Positions 38,488-48,788 of a stretch of DNA of 64,000 nt are shown here, piece by piece. Numbering within the stretch: the first letter of the stretch is position 1; each line of letters starts with the position of its first letter. A program made the translations under genes and the position numbers. The stretch spans positions 3,893 to 67,892 of the forward strand of contig JAOMBK010000004.1 in assembly GCA_028344535.1 (NCBI GenBank), given 5' to 3'. The notes beneath the pieces are model-generated. The model was not told the origin of the DNA, made no database searches, and worked only from the letters and a program-made list of their open reading frames with translations. Source of the stretch: Pseudomonadota bacterium (GTDB lineage Bacteria; Pseudomonadota; Gammaproteobacteria; Magnimaribacterales; D2472).

Positions 38488-39762
38488 ATGGAATCTCAAG
38501 CTGATTCAATCTTTGCTAATTCACAAACTATAGAAACATATGATACGGAACTTTGGCAGGCCCTTGATAAAGAGTCTACCCGTCAAGAAGAACACATAGA
38601 GCTAATAGCATCTGAAAATTATGCCAGCCAGAGAGTAATGGAAGCTCAAGGGGGATTGCTGACAAATAAATATGCAGAGGGCTATCCAAACAAAAGATAC
38701 TACGGTGGTTGTGAGCATGTTGATATAGCTGAGGAACTAGCAATAAATAGAGCGAAAGAGCTTTTTAAAGCTGATTATGCAAATGTTCAGCCTCACTCAG
38801 GATCCTCAGCAAATGCAGCTGCATTTTTAGCTATGCTTGAAGCCAATGATACGATTCTAGGGATGAGCCTTGATCAAGGAGGTCATTTAACTCACGGAGC
38901 AAAAGTTAATTTTTCAGGAAAAAACTACACTGCTTTCCAATACGGCCTTCATCCGAAAACACATGATATTGACTATGATCATGTTAGAGATTTAGCAAAA
39001 AAACATAATCCAAAAATGATCATTGCCGGCTTTTCAGCTTTTTCAGGAACTATAGATTGGAAAATTTTTAGAGATATTGCGGATGAGACGGGTTCTTATT
39101 TTCTTGTCGACATGGCTCATGTATCAGGATTGGTTGCTGCTGGACTATATCCTTCACCAGTGCCCTATGCTGATGTAGTGACTTCTACAACTCATAAAAC
39201 CTTAAGAGGTCCCAGATCAGGAATTATTCTTGCAAAATCAAATGAAGCTCTAGAAAAAAAATTAAACTCAGCTGTATTTCCAGGGTCTCAAGGCGGACCG
39301 CTTATGCACGTGATAGCAGCTAAAGCTGTATGTTTTAAGGAGGCTCTTGAGCCAGATTTCAAGCTATACATTCAACAGGTAATTGATAATGCAAAACTCA
39401 TGTGCAAAGTTATTCAGGACAGAGGCATCGATGTTGTATCTGGCAAAACTGACAATCATATTGTTCTCATGGATTTAAGAAGCAAGGGATTGACTGGCAA
39501 AGATTGTGAGCAAGCCTTAGGACAAGCAAATATAACGGTAAATAAAAATGCTGTTCCGGATGATCCTCAGTCACCATTTGTTACTTCAGGGATTCGATTG
39601 GGAACACCTGCTATTACCACAAGGGGTTTTGGGAGTGATGAGGTAGAAATATTAACTAATTGGATTTGTGATATTGTTCTTGACCTTGGTAATGCTGATA
39701 AAATTAATTCAATCAAGAATCAGGTTGTTGATATGTGTAACAGGTTTCCAGTATATAAATAA
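38488..39762 (+). CDS. glyA: serine hydroxymethyltransferase
   Basis: [23 protein letters not shown] and [14 protein letters not shown] (PLP lysine). Confidence 0.96.
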   Translation: MESQADSIFANSQTIETYDTELWQALDKESTRQEEHIELIASENYASQRVMEAQGGLLTNKYAEGYPNKRYYGGCEHVDIAEELAINRAKELFKADYANVQPHSGSSANAAAFLAMLEANDTILGMSLDQGGHLTHGAKVNFSGKNYTAFQYGLHPKTHDIDYDHVRDLAKKHNPKMIIAGFSAFSGTIDWKIFRDIADETGSYFLVDMAHVSGLVAAGLYPSPVPYADVVTSTTHKTLRGPRSGIILAKSNEALEKKLNSAVFPGSQGGPLMHVIAAKAVCFKEALEPDFKLYIQQVIDNAKLMCKVIQDRGIDVVSGKTDNHIVLMDLRSKGLTGKDCEQALGQANITVNKNAVPDDPQSPFVTSGIRLGTPAITTRGFGSDEVEILTNWICDIVLDLGNADKINSIKNQVVDMCNRFPVYK

Positions 39763-39764
39763 AT

Positions 39765-40244
39765 ATGTTTTGCCCTTTCTGCCAAGCTCAAGATACCAAA
39801 GTTGTTGATTCAAGACTTGTTGGTGATGGCTCCCAGATTAGAAGAAGAAGAGAATGCGAAGTTTGTCATGCTAGGTTTACAACCTTTGAGACCGCCGATC
39901 TTGCTTTACCCAGAATTGTTAAAAGTGACGGAGAAAGACAGCCATTTAATGGAGTCAAGCTGAAAGGCGGAATGCTGAGAGCTCTGGAAAAAAGACCTTT
40001 ATCTGCTGAGGAAGTTGATGGGGTATTTGGTAGTATTTTAACTGAAATTCGCCAGCTCGGCGAAAGAGAGATACCGTCACGTCAACTCGGTGAGATTGTT
40101 ATGCGAAATTTAAAACGTGTTGATCAGGTTGCCTATGTAAGATTTGCATCTGTATATCGTGACTTCCAGGACATCAAAGAGTTTGCCGAAGAAATATCTT
40201 CTTTATCAAAAGAAAAACCAAAGAGAACAAAAAAGAAAAAATGA
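39765..40244 (+). CDS. nrdR: transcriptional repressor NrdR
   Basis: Zinc ribbon [17 protein letters not shown]...[16 protein letters not shown] followed by an ATP-cone. Confidence 0.93.
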   Translation: MFCPFCQAQDTKVVDSRLVGDGSQIRRRRECEVCHARFTTFETADLALPRIVKSDGERQPFNGVKLKGGMLRALEKRPLSAEEVDGVFGSILTEIRQLGEREIPSRQLGEIVMRNLKRVDQVAYVRFASVYRDFQDIKEFAEEISSLSKEKPKRTKKKK

Positions 40245-41353
40245 AAGACCTAGACTTTATGGCTAGAGCCATTGAGCTTGCAAAGAAAGGTCAACTCAAA
40301 GTTCAACCAAATCCAATGGTTGGTTGCGTCATTGTCAAAAACAATAAAATAGTTGGTGAAGGATGGCATAAGGAATATGGCAAAGATCATGCTGAAATTA
40401 ATGCCATAAAAAACTGTAAGAAAAAATTTGGTGCTAAGAAGGCTCTTAAACTTATTGCTGGATCTAATGTCTATGTAAACCTTGAACCATGCTCGATTGA
40501 AAAAAACACTCCTCCCTGCTCGAATGCTTTAATTGAATATCAGATTAAAAAGTTATTTTGCGGAACGCTTGATCCAAATCCAAAAATTAATGGGCGAGGG
40601 ATTAAATTACTTAAAAAAAATGGCATTGAAACAAGTGTTGGCCTACTCAAGAATGAATGCAAAGAATTGAACCGAGTTTTTTTTACCAATCAAAAAAAAT
40701 CTCGTCCCTACATCATCCTTAAAAGTGCTCAATCACTTGACGGGAAAATAGCCCTCCAAAGCGGAGAAAGCAACTGGATCACCAATCCTGAATCGCGTAA
40801 AAATAGTCATCATATTCGATCAAAAGTTAAAGGGATTCTAGTGGGAAGAAATACGGCCGAACATGATAACCCTGCGCTAACAGTTAGATTAACGAAGAAT
40901 GAGCTAGGTTTGGCTAAAGGTGAGGCAATTGTGCAACCAGTAAAAATTATCCTAGGTAACTTGAAGAAATCAAAAAAAGTTAACAAAATTTTTACTGATA
41001 ATTCAAAAGTTATTATTGGATCTAGGCAATCAGCCAAAAAGTCTATAAATGTGGAGTATTTAGAATACAAGAGAAAAAATTTTCTTGAAGAATTTCTGCA
41101 AGATCTTTTAGATAGAAATATATCTAGTATTTTGGTTGAAGGTGGTCAGAAAACTTTAAATGCATTTATTGCTAATAATTTATTTGATGAATTGGTGCTA
41201 TATACTGCCCCCATGTTTTTAGGCAAAGGAAGTAAAGAAGCTTTGAGCGTTAATCCTCCTGACGCCATAAAAACATCAATTAAATTAAAGATGGTTAGAC
41301 TGGAGAGATTTAAAGAGGACATAAAGACAACTTACTACAATAACAATCTTTAA
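40241..41353 (+). CDS. ribD: bifunctional riboflavin biosynthesis deaminase/reductase
   Basis: Deaminase motif HAE...LEPCS..PPC, and a reductase half with [12 protein letters not shown] and ILVEGGQKT. Confidence 0.9.
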   Translation: MKDLDFMARAIELAKKGQLKVQPNPMVGCVIVKNNKIVGEGWHKEYGKDHAEINAIKNCKKKFGAKKALKLIAGSNVYVNLEPCSIEKNTPPCSNALIEYQIKKLFCGTLDPNPKINGRGIKLLKKNGIETSVGLLKNECKELNRVFFTNQKKSRPYIILKSAQSLDGKIALQSGESNWITNPESRKNSHHIRSKVKGILVGRNTAEHDNPALTVRLTKNELGLAKGEAIVQPVKIILGNLKKSKKVNKIFTDNSKVIIGSRQSAKKSINVEYLEYKRKNFLEEFLQDLLDRNISSILVEGGQKTLNAFIANNLFDELVLYTAPMFLGKGSKEALSVNPPDAIKTSIKLKMVRLERFKEDIKTTYYNNNL

Positions 41354-41389
41354 TTGTTTTTAAGCATTTAATGCCTATATATAAGACAA

Positions 41390-42466
41390 ATGGAATTTAA
41401 TACTACAGAAGAAATCATTCAGGATATCGCAGCTGGCAAAATGGTGATTTTGCTAGATGATGAAGATCGAGAAAATGAAGGTGATTTAGTTTGCGCTGCT
41501 GAGTTAGTTGATGATAAAAAAATCAACTTTATGATTAGCAAAGCAAGAGGCTTGGTATGTTTGCCCTTATCTCCTCAAAAATGTGATCAACTTAATCTTC
41601 CCATGATGACTAACAATAATCGAGCCAAACATGGTACTGGGTTTACTGTTTCCATTGAGGCTGCTGAAGGCATCTCCACAGGCATCTCTGCTGAAGATAG
41701 GGCCAAAACAATCATTGCTGCAGCAAAAAAAAATGCCAAAGCAGGAGATATAGTTCAACCAGGTCATATTTTCCCATTGCGAGCCTTCGAAGGTGGAGTC
41801 TTAAGTCGAGCGGGTCATACAGAAGCTGCATGTGATTTGGCAAGACTGGCAGGACTTGAAGAAGCTGGTGTGATATGCGAAATCATGAATGACGATGGAA
41901 GCATGGCTCGAAGAGATGATTTAATAAAATTTGCCTCAATTCACGAAATGAAAATTGGGACAATAGCTGACTTAATTCACTATCGTACTCTCAAAGAAAA
42001 ATCTGTTCATCTGGAATACTCAAAATCTGTTGAAATTGATGGTCTTCAATTTGACCTTTCTGCATGGCGAGACAGCATCTTTGATAATCTCCACTTAGCT
42101 TTTGTGAAAGGCGATCTTTCCACATCTGATTCTCCGCTTGTTCGGGTTCATGTTCCTAATACATTGCACGACTTAATTGGTATTGAAGAATTTGGCAAAA
42201 GATTAAATCTAGAAAAGGCTCTAAAAAGAATTGGAAAAGAAGAATGCGGTGTTTTGCTTTTAATAGGTAATTATCAAGACGCTGATGAGGTCATGAATGA
42301 CCTTAAGGGAGCAAAATCATCTGTTAAGCCGGAAACAAAGACTGTGGGCATAGGGTCACAAATTCTTAAAGAGCTTGGATTGCAGCAAATTACATTGCTT
42401 GGAACCCCAGTAAAATATCCATCCTTGTCTGGATTTGATCTTGAAGTCACGGGGTTTGAACAATGA
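41390..42466 (+). CDS. ribBA: 3,4-dihydroxy-2-butanone-4-phosphate synthase with a degenerate GTP cyclohydrolase II-like C-domain
   Basis: The DHBP synthase half has DDEDRENEGDL and GHTEAACDLARLAG. The C-terminal half lacks the C-x-x-x..C-D-C-G zinc motif that is present in the separate ribA. Confidence 0.9.
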   Translation: MEFNTTEEIIQDIAAGKMVILLDDEDRENEGDLVCAAELVDDKKINFMISKARGLVCLPLSPQKCDQLNLPMMTNNNRAKHGTGFTVSIEAAEGISTGISAEDRAKTIIAAAKKNAKAGDIVQPGHIFPLRAFEGGVLSRAGHTEAACDLARLAGLEEAGVICEIMNDDGSMARRDDLIKFASIHEMKIGTIADLIHYRTLKEKSVHLEYSKSVEIDGLQFDLSAWRDSIFDNLHLAFVKGDLSTSDSPLVRVHVPNTLHDLIGIEEFGKRLNLEKALKRIGKEECGVLLLIGNYQDADEVMNDLKGAKSSVKPETKTVGIGSQILKELGLQQITLLGTPVKYPSLSGFDLEVTGFEQ

Positions 42467-42909
42467 GCAAAGATGGATTCACATTCTCGTCAAAACAAAT
42501 TGATGTTAATAAAAAAATTACTATAGTTGCATCAAAATGGAATGCCGCACTTGTTGATGAATTATTGGAGTCTGGCAAAGCACATTTAGAAGAGCTTGGT
42601 TTCACCAACATCAAAACTGTAAATGTTCCTGGCGCATGGGAACTTGTCCATGCAGCGCAAAGAGAATTAGCTGATGCAGATGGAGTCATTGCATATGGAG
42701 TGGTCATTAGAGGCGAAACAACACATTATGAACTCATATCTGAGTCAGCAGCTCATGGATTAATGCAAGTGAGTGTGAATGCAAATAAGCCCATTGGCTT
42801 TGGCTTAATTGCTGCTGAAAATTTATCTCAAGCTCAAGAGCGAACTGATTCATCAAAATTAAATAAAGGCAAAGAAATTGCACAATCACTTGTTGAAATG
42901 CTGAGCTGA
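42463..42909 (+). CDS. ribH: 6,7-dimethyl-8-ribityllumazine synthase
   Basis: VPGAWELV, GVVIRGETTHYE and GFGLI motifs. Confidence 0.92.
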   Translation: MSKDGFTFSSKQIDVNKKITIVASKWNAALVDELLESGKAHLEELGFTNIKTVNVPGAWELVHAAQRELADADGVIAYGVVIRGETTHYELISESAAHGLMQVSVNANKPIGFGLIAAENLSQAQERTDSSKLNKGKEIAQSLVEMLS

Positions 42910-42911
42910 AG

Positions 42912-43355
42912 ATGTCTAAAAATCTTGGAAAGTACAAACAAGAACTTCAAACACGAGAGTGCTTGGTACAAGCAATCTATCAATACATATTTCATGAATC
43001 AAATTTAAACTCTCTTATTGATCAATTCCTAAAAGAAAATACACCCAAAAAGATAAGCTTTAATTATTTCAAACAAAGATTAGAAAATATTTTTGAACAA
43101 TCAGATGACTTAAAAGAGATCACAAGAAATCTAAAGAATAATGAAGGTGAGAATTTAGAGATTATAGATGAAGCTATTTTGTGGCTTGGAATAGTGGAGA
43201 TACGCGCTAATGAGCTGGCTCATCCTGTAGTTATTGATGAATGTATACGCCTAGCAAAGAAATTTTCTAATCCAAATTCTTATAAATTTGTAAATGCAAA
43301 ACTCGACGATTGGTTAAAAACAAATCAAGCTGAATGGCTTAGGAAGGGTAGTTAA
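42912..43355 (+). CDS. nusB: transcription antitermination factor NusB
   Basis: RECLVQAIYQY N-terminus, helical, about 147 aa. Conserved position after ribH. Confidence 0.85.
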   Translation: MSKNLGKYKQELQTRECLVQAIYQYIFHESNLNSLIDQFLKENTPKKISFNYFKQRLENIFEQSDDLKEITRNLKNNEGENLEIIDEAILWLGIVEIRANELAHPVVIDECIRLAKKFSNPNSYKFVNAKLDDWLKTNQAEWLRKGS

Positions 43356-45570
43356 CATAAATTGGGCTAGACCAAGCTCTATTTTCAGCTGGTGCAAGAC
43401 AGTCTCCCCTATTCTCATGAACCCCCACTCTGCATATTTGAGTTTTAATGCATTTACCATTTTCATCAAATTCACATCCCAACGGATCAGCAGAAAGCTT
43501 TAGCGAGGGCTCTTCAATAGCCCTTACATAATAAACAGCATCTCTTCGACCAATTGAGAATTGCTCATCTTCAAATGACACCTTGCAACTCGTACTATTG
43601 CAGGGGAAGGTCTTCCATACATCTTCTACAAGTCCTTCGACTGGTTCATTTTCATATTGCTGTGGCAAAATTTTAATAACCTCAATTCGGGTAATCACTC
43701 TTCTTTCATTACTGGGGTTGTAACATTCTGAATTACAGATCTTCTCTAAACGCTCTTTTGTTAATCCATTGTTGCTATAGTCAGGACAGCCAGGTTTTTG
43801 TTTAAGAGAGCCTGCTGCTTTTACAGTAAATACCGGTGATTGATTGCTCTCAACTTCTGAGCCCATTGATAAAGATTCAGATTGAGTTTCTGCATCAAAC
43901 CATAAAAGAATTCTTGGTCCCGAGGTTGCATAAACTTCTTTTCTTTCTAGAGCATCCCAAATTGATTCTCTTTTTCGAGATGTTGAGTGAGCAGCGACTA
44001 GTCCTCCTGACATAAAATATGCACTTTGTCTTTCAGCATCAGTGGCAATATTCAAATCCATAATGCTGGTCAAGTTAGTATTACCTAAATCAACATAAGA
44101 TGGTTCTAATTCACCTTTAGGGCGCCTTAAATCACTCATTTTTTCATAAAATGGATCATTGAAGCCATTAGCCTCAGTATTAAAAAGTCGATCAATTTCC
44201 TTATATCCGGTACCAGGCCTAGCGCCATGATTATCGCTTGAGCCAATAAACCCAAACTTAAAACGTTGTGGGTTTTCTTTATCAGTAAAATCACTTAATG
44301 CTAAAACATACTGAGCAGAGCCTAGGGGCCTATAGTTAAATGACGGCAAAAAACAATCATTGCATTGTCCAGCATTTAAGTAATCATCTGGATTTGTTTC
44401 ATTCACTGCAGCATATCCTGTTGAGCCCATTTGGGCCGCAAATAATTTTGTTTGATCTACTAAATACTTACAAGTTTGATCATCCATTCCAGAGGTTTGA
44501 CATCTTTCAGCCATAATATTGCCTGCTTGCTGGCAGGTTGGTAAGAAATCTTTAGTTTCATCAGGACAAAAAAGCTCAATGTTTAGATCAATGTCTGAAT
44601 CATTCCAAGTTCTGTATTCTTCTGAGTTGCCATGACCAGAATATATCTCAAACAAAAATTGAGATTCATCATCCTTAAAATCTGTTAATTGTTTTTTCCA
44701 ATCAGATGTTGGTGGAGTATAAAACCCCCAAGTAGTACCATGCGGAATGACCATGTAGGGTGTATCCCAATCTTTCAATTTCTGGAACAAAATATTTGGA
44801 TTGGTTGCCTCCTCATAACAATTTACAGGGAGATCTCTGGTATTTACTCCTTCAGGGCATATAGGTGTTGCTTGGATTTCGTCAAAGAATTTATCAAATG
44901 CAAAGAATCTGTCTCTATTTTTAAAATCTAAAGTTGCAGGCAAAGCTGACATGGTCCAGGGCAAACCAAGTCTCATAACTAATGGAGCAACCCCTCCTGA
45001 GCCAATGGCTCTTGGCGGCACCACAGCATCATCGGTTTCTAAAAAAATAACGTTTTTATGCCCGTAATGATTTTCTGGATTCGGATCAACTTGAGTCCAT
45101 TCCCATCCTAGGAAGCTAACCAAATCATCTGTTCCTTCTGATAAATTATTACATTGTTGAATGCTTTGTTTGGTATCCAACCATTTTCTTGGGGTGCTTG
45201 CTTCAGCATGATCGTTAATGGACCAAAAATCTAAAGCTGAACAAAATCTTGCGTAATCACATGCATCAGCTAATGGCGAAGCCCCTTTACCGTTCATAAA
45301 GGGTAAAGACCACATGAATGCATCAGTTGAATAGGTTGTATGAACATGAAGATCGCCAAAGAGAATTTGTTTGTCGTCCAAAACCTCTAAATCTGATTTC
45401 ACCACATTGATCCTACTGGATCTATCTTGAATTGCTTGTTCTGGAAGAACTCTTCCTTCTATAACTCCAGGTCCATCCAATGTTCCAAAGACTTTTAAAA
45501 CAGCGCCTCCAAAAAAAATAACTACAGTAAAAATACAAAGCAGAACGAGTGAAATTAGAAGGTTTTTCAT
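43339..45570 (-). CDS. DUF3604-like, PHP-type metal-dependent protein, membrane-anchored or exported, Cys-rich
   Basis: N-terminal hydrophobic anchor. His-rich metal motifs FGDLHVHTTYSTDA, WSINDHAE, IPHGTTWG and GSSDNHGARPG. Many Cys residues in pairs. Confidence 0.8.
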   Translation of the reverse strand: MKNLLISLVLLCIFTVVIFFGGAVLKVFGTLDGPGVIEGRVLPEQAIQDRSSRINVVKSDLEVLDDKQILFGDLHVHTTYSTDAFMWSLPFMNGKGASPLADACDYARFCSALDFWSINDHAEASTPRKWLDTKQSIQQCNNLSEGTDDLVSFLGWEWTQVDPNPENHYGHKNVIFLETDDAVVPPRAIGSGGVAPLVMRLGLPWTMSALPATLDFKNRDRFFAFDKFFDEIQATPICPEGVNTRDLPVNCYEEATNPNILFQKLKDWDTPYMVIPHGTTWGFYTPPTSDWKKQLTDFKDDESQFLFEIYSGHGNSEEYRTWNDSDIDLNIELFCPDETKDFLPTCQQAGNIMAERCQTSGMDDQTCKYLVDQTKLFAAQMGSTGYAAVNETNPDDYLNAGQCNDCFLPSFNYRPLGSAQYVLALSDFTDKENPQRFKFGFIGSSDNHGARPGTGYKEIDRLFNTEANGFNDPFYEKMSDLRRPKGELEPSYVDLGNTNLTSIMDLNIATDAERQSAYFMSGGLVAAHSTSRKRESIWDALERKEVYATSGPRILLWFDAETQSESLSMGSEVESNQSPVFTVKAAGSLKQKPGCPDYSNNGLTKERLEKICNSECYNPSNERRVITRIEVIKILPQQYENEPVEGLVEDVWKTFPCNSTSCKVSFEDEQFSIGRRDAVYYVRAIEEPSLKLSADPLGCEFDENGKCIKTQICRVGVHENRGDCLAPAENRAWSSPIYVNYPS

Positions 45571-45591
45571 GTCTCTCCAGAATAGATAAAG

Positions 45592-46815
45592 CTAATCTCT
45601 ATAAATTGTTTGATCTCTTGATGGTCCCACCGAAACTATGCCAACAGGACAATCCAAAGTCTCTTCAATAAATAGTATATAGTCCTGAGCAGCTTTAGGT
45701 AAATCATTAAAAGACCTAGCATTGGATGTATCCTGCTTCCAACCAGAAAATATTTTATAAATAGGTTGCTGCTTTTGATCGTAGTCAATGCACACTTGAA
45801 TTTCTTCAAAGCCATCTAGAACGTCTAATTTTGTGATGCATAGATTAGTAACAGAGTTGATAAAAACAATCGTTTCCAACGCTTTCAAATCCAACCATCC
45901 ACATCTTCTTGGGCGGCCAGTTGTTGCACCAAATTCATGCCCAATCTTTGCCAGTTGCTCTGCGTTGGAATCAAATAACTCAGTAGCAAAAGGCCCCTCA
46001 CCAACACGAGTAGTATATGCTTTGGTAATGCCCAAAATAGAATCAATATGTCGCGGGCCCACTCCCAAACCTGAAGATAAGCCACCTGCAGTAGTACTTG
46101 AAGAAGTGACATATGGATAGGTGCCATGATCAATGTCTAGCATAGAACCCTGCGCACCTTCAAAAAGGATGCTCTTGCCCTGTTTTACCCACAGTTTGAG
46201 GAGATCCTGAGTTTTGCAATGATATTTATTATAAAGATCTATGTTGCTAGTCAGCTCTTCTAAAACATCCTCAAAAGCTATAGGTTGGGCATTATATAAA
46301 TTCTGTAAAATTTGATTGTGATAATTAACCAATGTTGATAATTTTATCTTGAGCTCTTCAAGATTTTTTAAATCTCCAAAACGCACTGCACGTCTAGCAA
46401 TCTTGTCTTCATAAGCTGGGCCAATCCCTCTACCGGTTGTACCAATACCTTCTTCTTTATCTCGAACCTGATCAATTGCTATATGAGTAGGCAAGATTAA
46501 TGAGCAATCTTCACTGACATAAAAACGATCTTTAAAATTAATATCACTCTCTTGTAATTCCTTTATTTCTCTAGCTAAAGCTGGAAGAGATAAAACAAGA
46601 CCATTACCCAAGACACAATGAACTGAAGGGTGAAGGATACCTGATGGGACTAGATGAAGGACTTTTTGTTCACCATCAACTTTGAGTGTATGACCTGCGT
46701 TATGACCGCCTTGAAAGCGGCACACTGCCTCAGAACTTTCTGCCAAAGCATCTACAATTTTTCCTTTACCCTCATCACCCCACTGCAAGCCCAAGATAAG
46801 GGTGTTATTGCTCAT
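45592..46815 (-). CDS. purA: adenylosuccinate synthetase
   Basis: GLQWGDEGKGK, GTTGRGIGPAYEDK and GATTGRPRRCGW. Confidence 0.96.
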   Translation of the reverse strand: MSNNTLILGLQWGDEGKGKIVDALAESSEAVCRFQGGHNAGHTLKVDGEQKVLHLVPSGILHPSVHCVLGNGLVLSLPALAREIKELQESDINFKDRFYVSEDCSLILPTHIAIDQVRDKEEGIGTTGRGIGPAYEDKIARRAVRFGDLKNLEELKIKLSTLVNYHNQILQNLYNAQPIAFEDVLEELTSNIDLYNKYHCKTQDLLKLWVKQGKSILFEGAQGSMLDIDHGTYPYVTSSSTTAGGLSSGLGVGPRHIDSILGITKAYTTRVGEGPFATELFDSNAEQLAKIGHEFGATTGRPRRCGWLDLKALETIVFINSVTNLCITKLDVLDGFEEIQVCIDYDQKQQPIYKIFSGWKQDTSNARSFNDLPKAAQDYILFIEETLDCPVGIVSVGPSRDQTIYRD

Positions 46816-46821
46816 GGGGTG

Positions 46822-47691
46822 TTAGTTATTGCCTTTTGACTTATTGAGGTATTTGAAGAAATCAGATTTAGGATCGATAACCAAAACATCTGACTTATTA
46901 TTAAAAGTTGCATCATAAGCTTTCATGCTTCGAGTAAACTCATAAAATTCTGGATCTCTTGAGAATGATTCTGCGTAGATTGCTGCTGCTGTAGCATCAC
47001 CCTCTCCTCTTATTTCTTCGGAGGTTTTATAGGCTTCTGCAAGAATAATAACTCTTTCTTTGTCTGCAGTTGAACGGATTTCATTAGAAAGTTCATTTCC
47101 TTCAGCACGTAATTCTTCTGCTAATCTGTTTCTTTCAGAGCGCATTCTTTCATACACAGAGTTACTTAGTTCAGGCGGCAAATCGATTCTTTTAACTCTA
47201 AAATCAATAATCTCTATACCTAGATCAGATACAGAATTTCCTAAATTATCTCGCATGTCACTCATCAACTGATCTCTTTCTCCTGAAACTAATTCGGTCA
47301 CTGTTCTTCGACCAAATTGATTTTTCAGCTCAAATGCAGTTCTTTGTCCAAGCAAATTATTTAAGTTAATAAAACTTCCACTGGTTGCATCATAAAAGGT
47401 TCGAACGTTTGTAATTCGATATTTTACAAACGAGTCAACAATAAGATATTTACTCTCAACTGTTAAGATTCTATTTGGCTCTTCATCTAGAGTCTGTAAC
47501 CTTGAATCATATTTTTTTACATTTTGGATAATTGGTAATTTAAAATTTAAGCCAGTTGGAAGATCAGATTTAATGGCTTCACCAAACTGAAACACAATCC
47601 CATCTTCTTTTTCATCAATAACAAATATGCTGTTTAGTATTATTGCAAGAATAAGTCCCGCAAGAACTAAGAGATTCATTCCTTTAGTCAT
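46822..47691 (-). CDS. hflC: protease modulator HflC (SPFH/band 7)
   Basis: N-terminal TM and an SPFH domain. 1-nt overlap with hflK. Confidence 0.9.
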   Translation of the reverse strand: MTKGMNLLVLAGLILAIILNSIFVIDEKEDGIVFQFGEAIKSDLPTGLNFKLPIIQNVKKYDSRLQTLDEEPNRILTVESKYLIVDSFVKYRITNVRTFYDATSGSFINLNNLLGQRTAFELKNQFGRRTVTELVSGERDQLMSDMRDNLGNSVSDLGIEIIDFRVKRIDLPPELSNSVYERMRSERNRLAEELRAEGNELSNEIRSTADKERVIILAEAYKTSEEIRGEGDATAAAIYAESFSRDPEFYEFTRSMKAYDATFNNKSDVLVIDPKSDFFKYLNKSKGNN

Positions 47692-48728
47692 TAGTCTTCC
47701 TCCTGTGATCTATTTTGTTCAAGAATTTTATCTAATGGAAGGTACATCAAGTTATTGCCGCCCTCAACGTCCATCAATACTTTAGTTGAATTACTATATA
47801 AGCCTTGCAGGGCATCTAAGTAAAGTCGATCCCGAGTCACTTTTGGTGCTTTTTCATACTCGGCTAATAACTTATCAAAACGCACGGCTTCACCCTCTGC
47901 ATTAGCTACAACCTCCTCTCTATACGCTTCAGCTGCTTGGATTCTGGCAAATGCTTGCCCTCGAGCTTCCGGGACGATAGAAAGACCATATCGATCAGCT
48001 TCATTTTGCAATTTTTCCTTATCCTCTCTTGCTGCAACAACATCATCAAATGAAGCTTTTACAGCTGAAGGTGGATCAGTTTTTTCTATGTTGACCTGTT
48101 GCACTACAAGCCCAGTAGCATATAAATCGAGATAGCTTTGCAATCTTGAATCAACATCTTGGGCAATCATTTCACGGCCTGTTGTTAGTGTTTCCTCAAG
48201 GGTATTATCTCCAACAACATGACGTAATGAGCTTTCTGTCGCTTCTCTAAGGCTACTTTCTGGATCACGAACATTCAAAACAAAATCCTTTAAATTTTTT
48301 ATTCGGTATTGCACAGAAATAGTTACATCAACTAGGTTTTCATCCTTGGTAAGCATGTTCGCTGTTTGTGAATAACGTCTAGTTAAGGCAACATTTTCTA
48401 CATATCTTTCATCAACTCCAGCCAACATGAAGTTTAAGCCTTCTCCTGTCTCTTCATAATATTCACCAAACCTTAGAACGACTGCTCTTTCTGGAGAGTC
48501 TAGCTGATAAATAGACATACTTGCGTAAATGACTAGTAATCCAAAAAAACCATACAAAAAAGCTTTTTTTGTTGGAAAATTAAATCCATTTCCGCCAGAA
48601 GATCCATTAGAGCCGGCACCTTGTTTTCCGAACATGACAGAAAACTTTTTTATTAAGTCATCAAACGAAACCTCGTCTTGATCTTTTCTGCCCCAAGGGT
48701 CTTGATTATTTTGATTATCCCAATTCAC
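47691..48728 (-). CDS. hflK: protease modulator HflK (SPFH/band 7)
   Basis: Gly-rich N-terminus, TM, SPFH domain and EAEAYREEV-type coiled C-terminal region. Confidence 0.9.
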   Translation of the reverse strand: MNWDNQNNQDPWGRKDQDEVSFDDLIKKFSVMFGKQGAGSNGSSGGNGFNFPTKKAFLYGFFGLLVIYASMSIYQLDSPERAVVLRFGEYYEETGEGLNFMLAGVDERYVENVALTRRYSQTANMLTKDENLVDVTISVQYRIKNLKDFVLNVRDPESSLREATESSLRHVVGDNTLEETLTTGREMIAQDVDSRLQSYLDLYATGLVVQQVNIEKTDPPSAVKASFDDVVAAREDKEKLQNEADRYGLSIVPEARGQAFARIQAAEAYREEVVANAEGEAVRFDKLLAEYEKAPKVTRDRLYLDALQGLYSNSTKVLMDVEGGNNLMYLPLDKILEQNRSQEED

Positions 48729-48788
48729 GTAGATACCTATAATTGTAAAGTTTAATTATAAATTTAATTTGGGGGTAAATCCTAAGAA

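Noticed and set aside
41354-41389. FMN riboswitch upstream of ribBA, or a riboswitch upstream of ribD/glyA
   Set aside because: The gaps are only 36 nt (ribD-ribBA) and 61 nt (nth-glyA), and ribD overlaps nrdR. They are too short for FMN or ZTP aptamers, and no conserved aptamer core is visible.
45833-46133. ORFs 45833..46120 (+) and 45885..46133 (-) inside purA
   Set aside because: purA is unambiguous. These are off-frame or antisense shadows.
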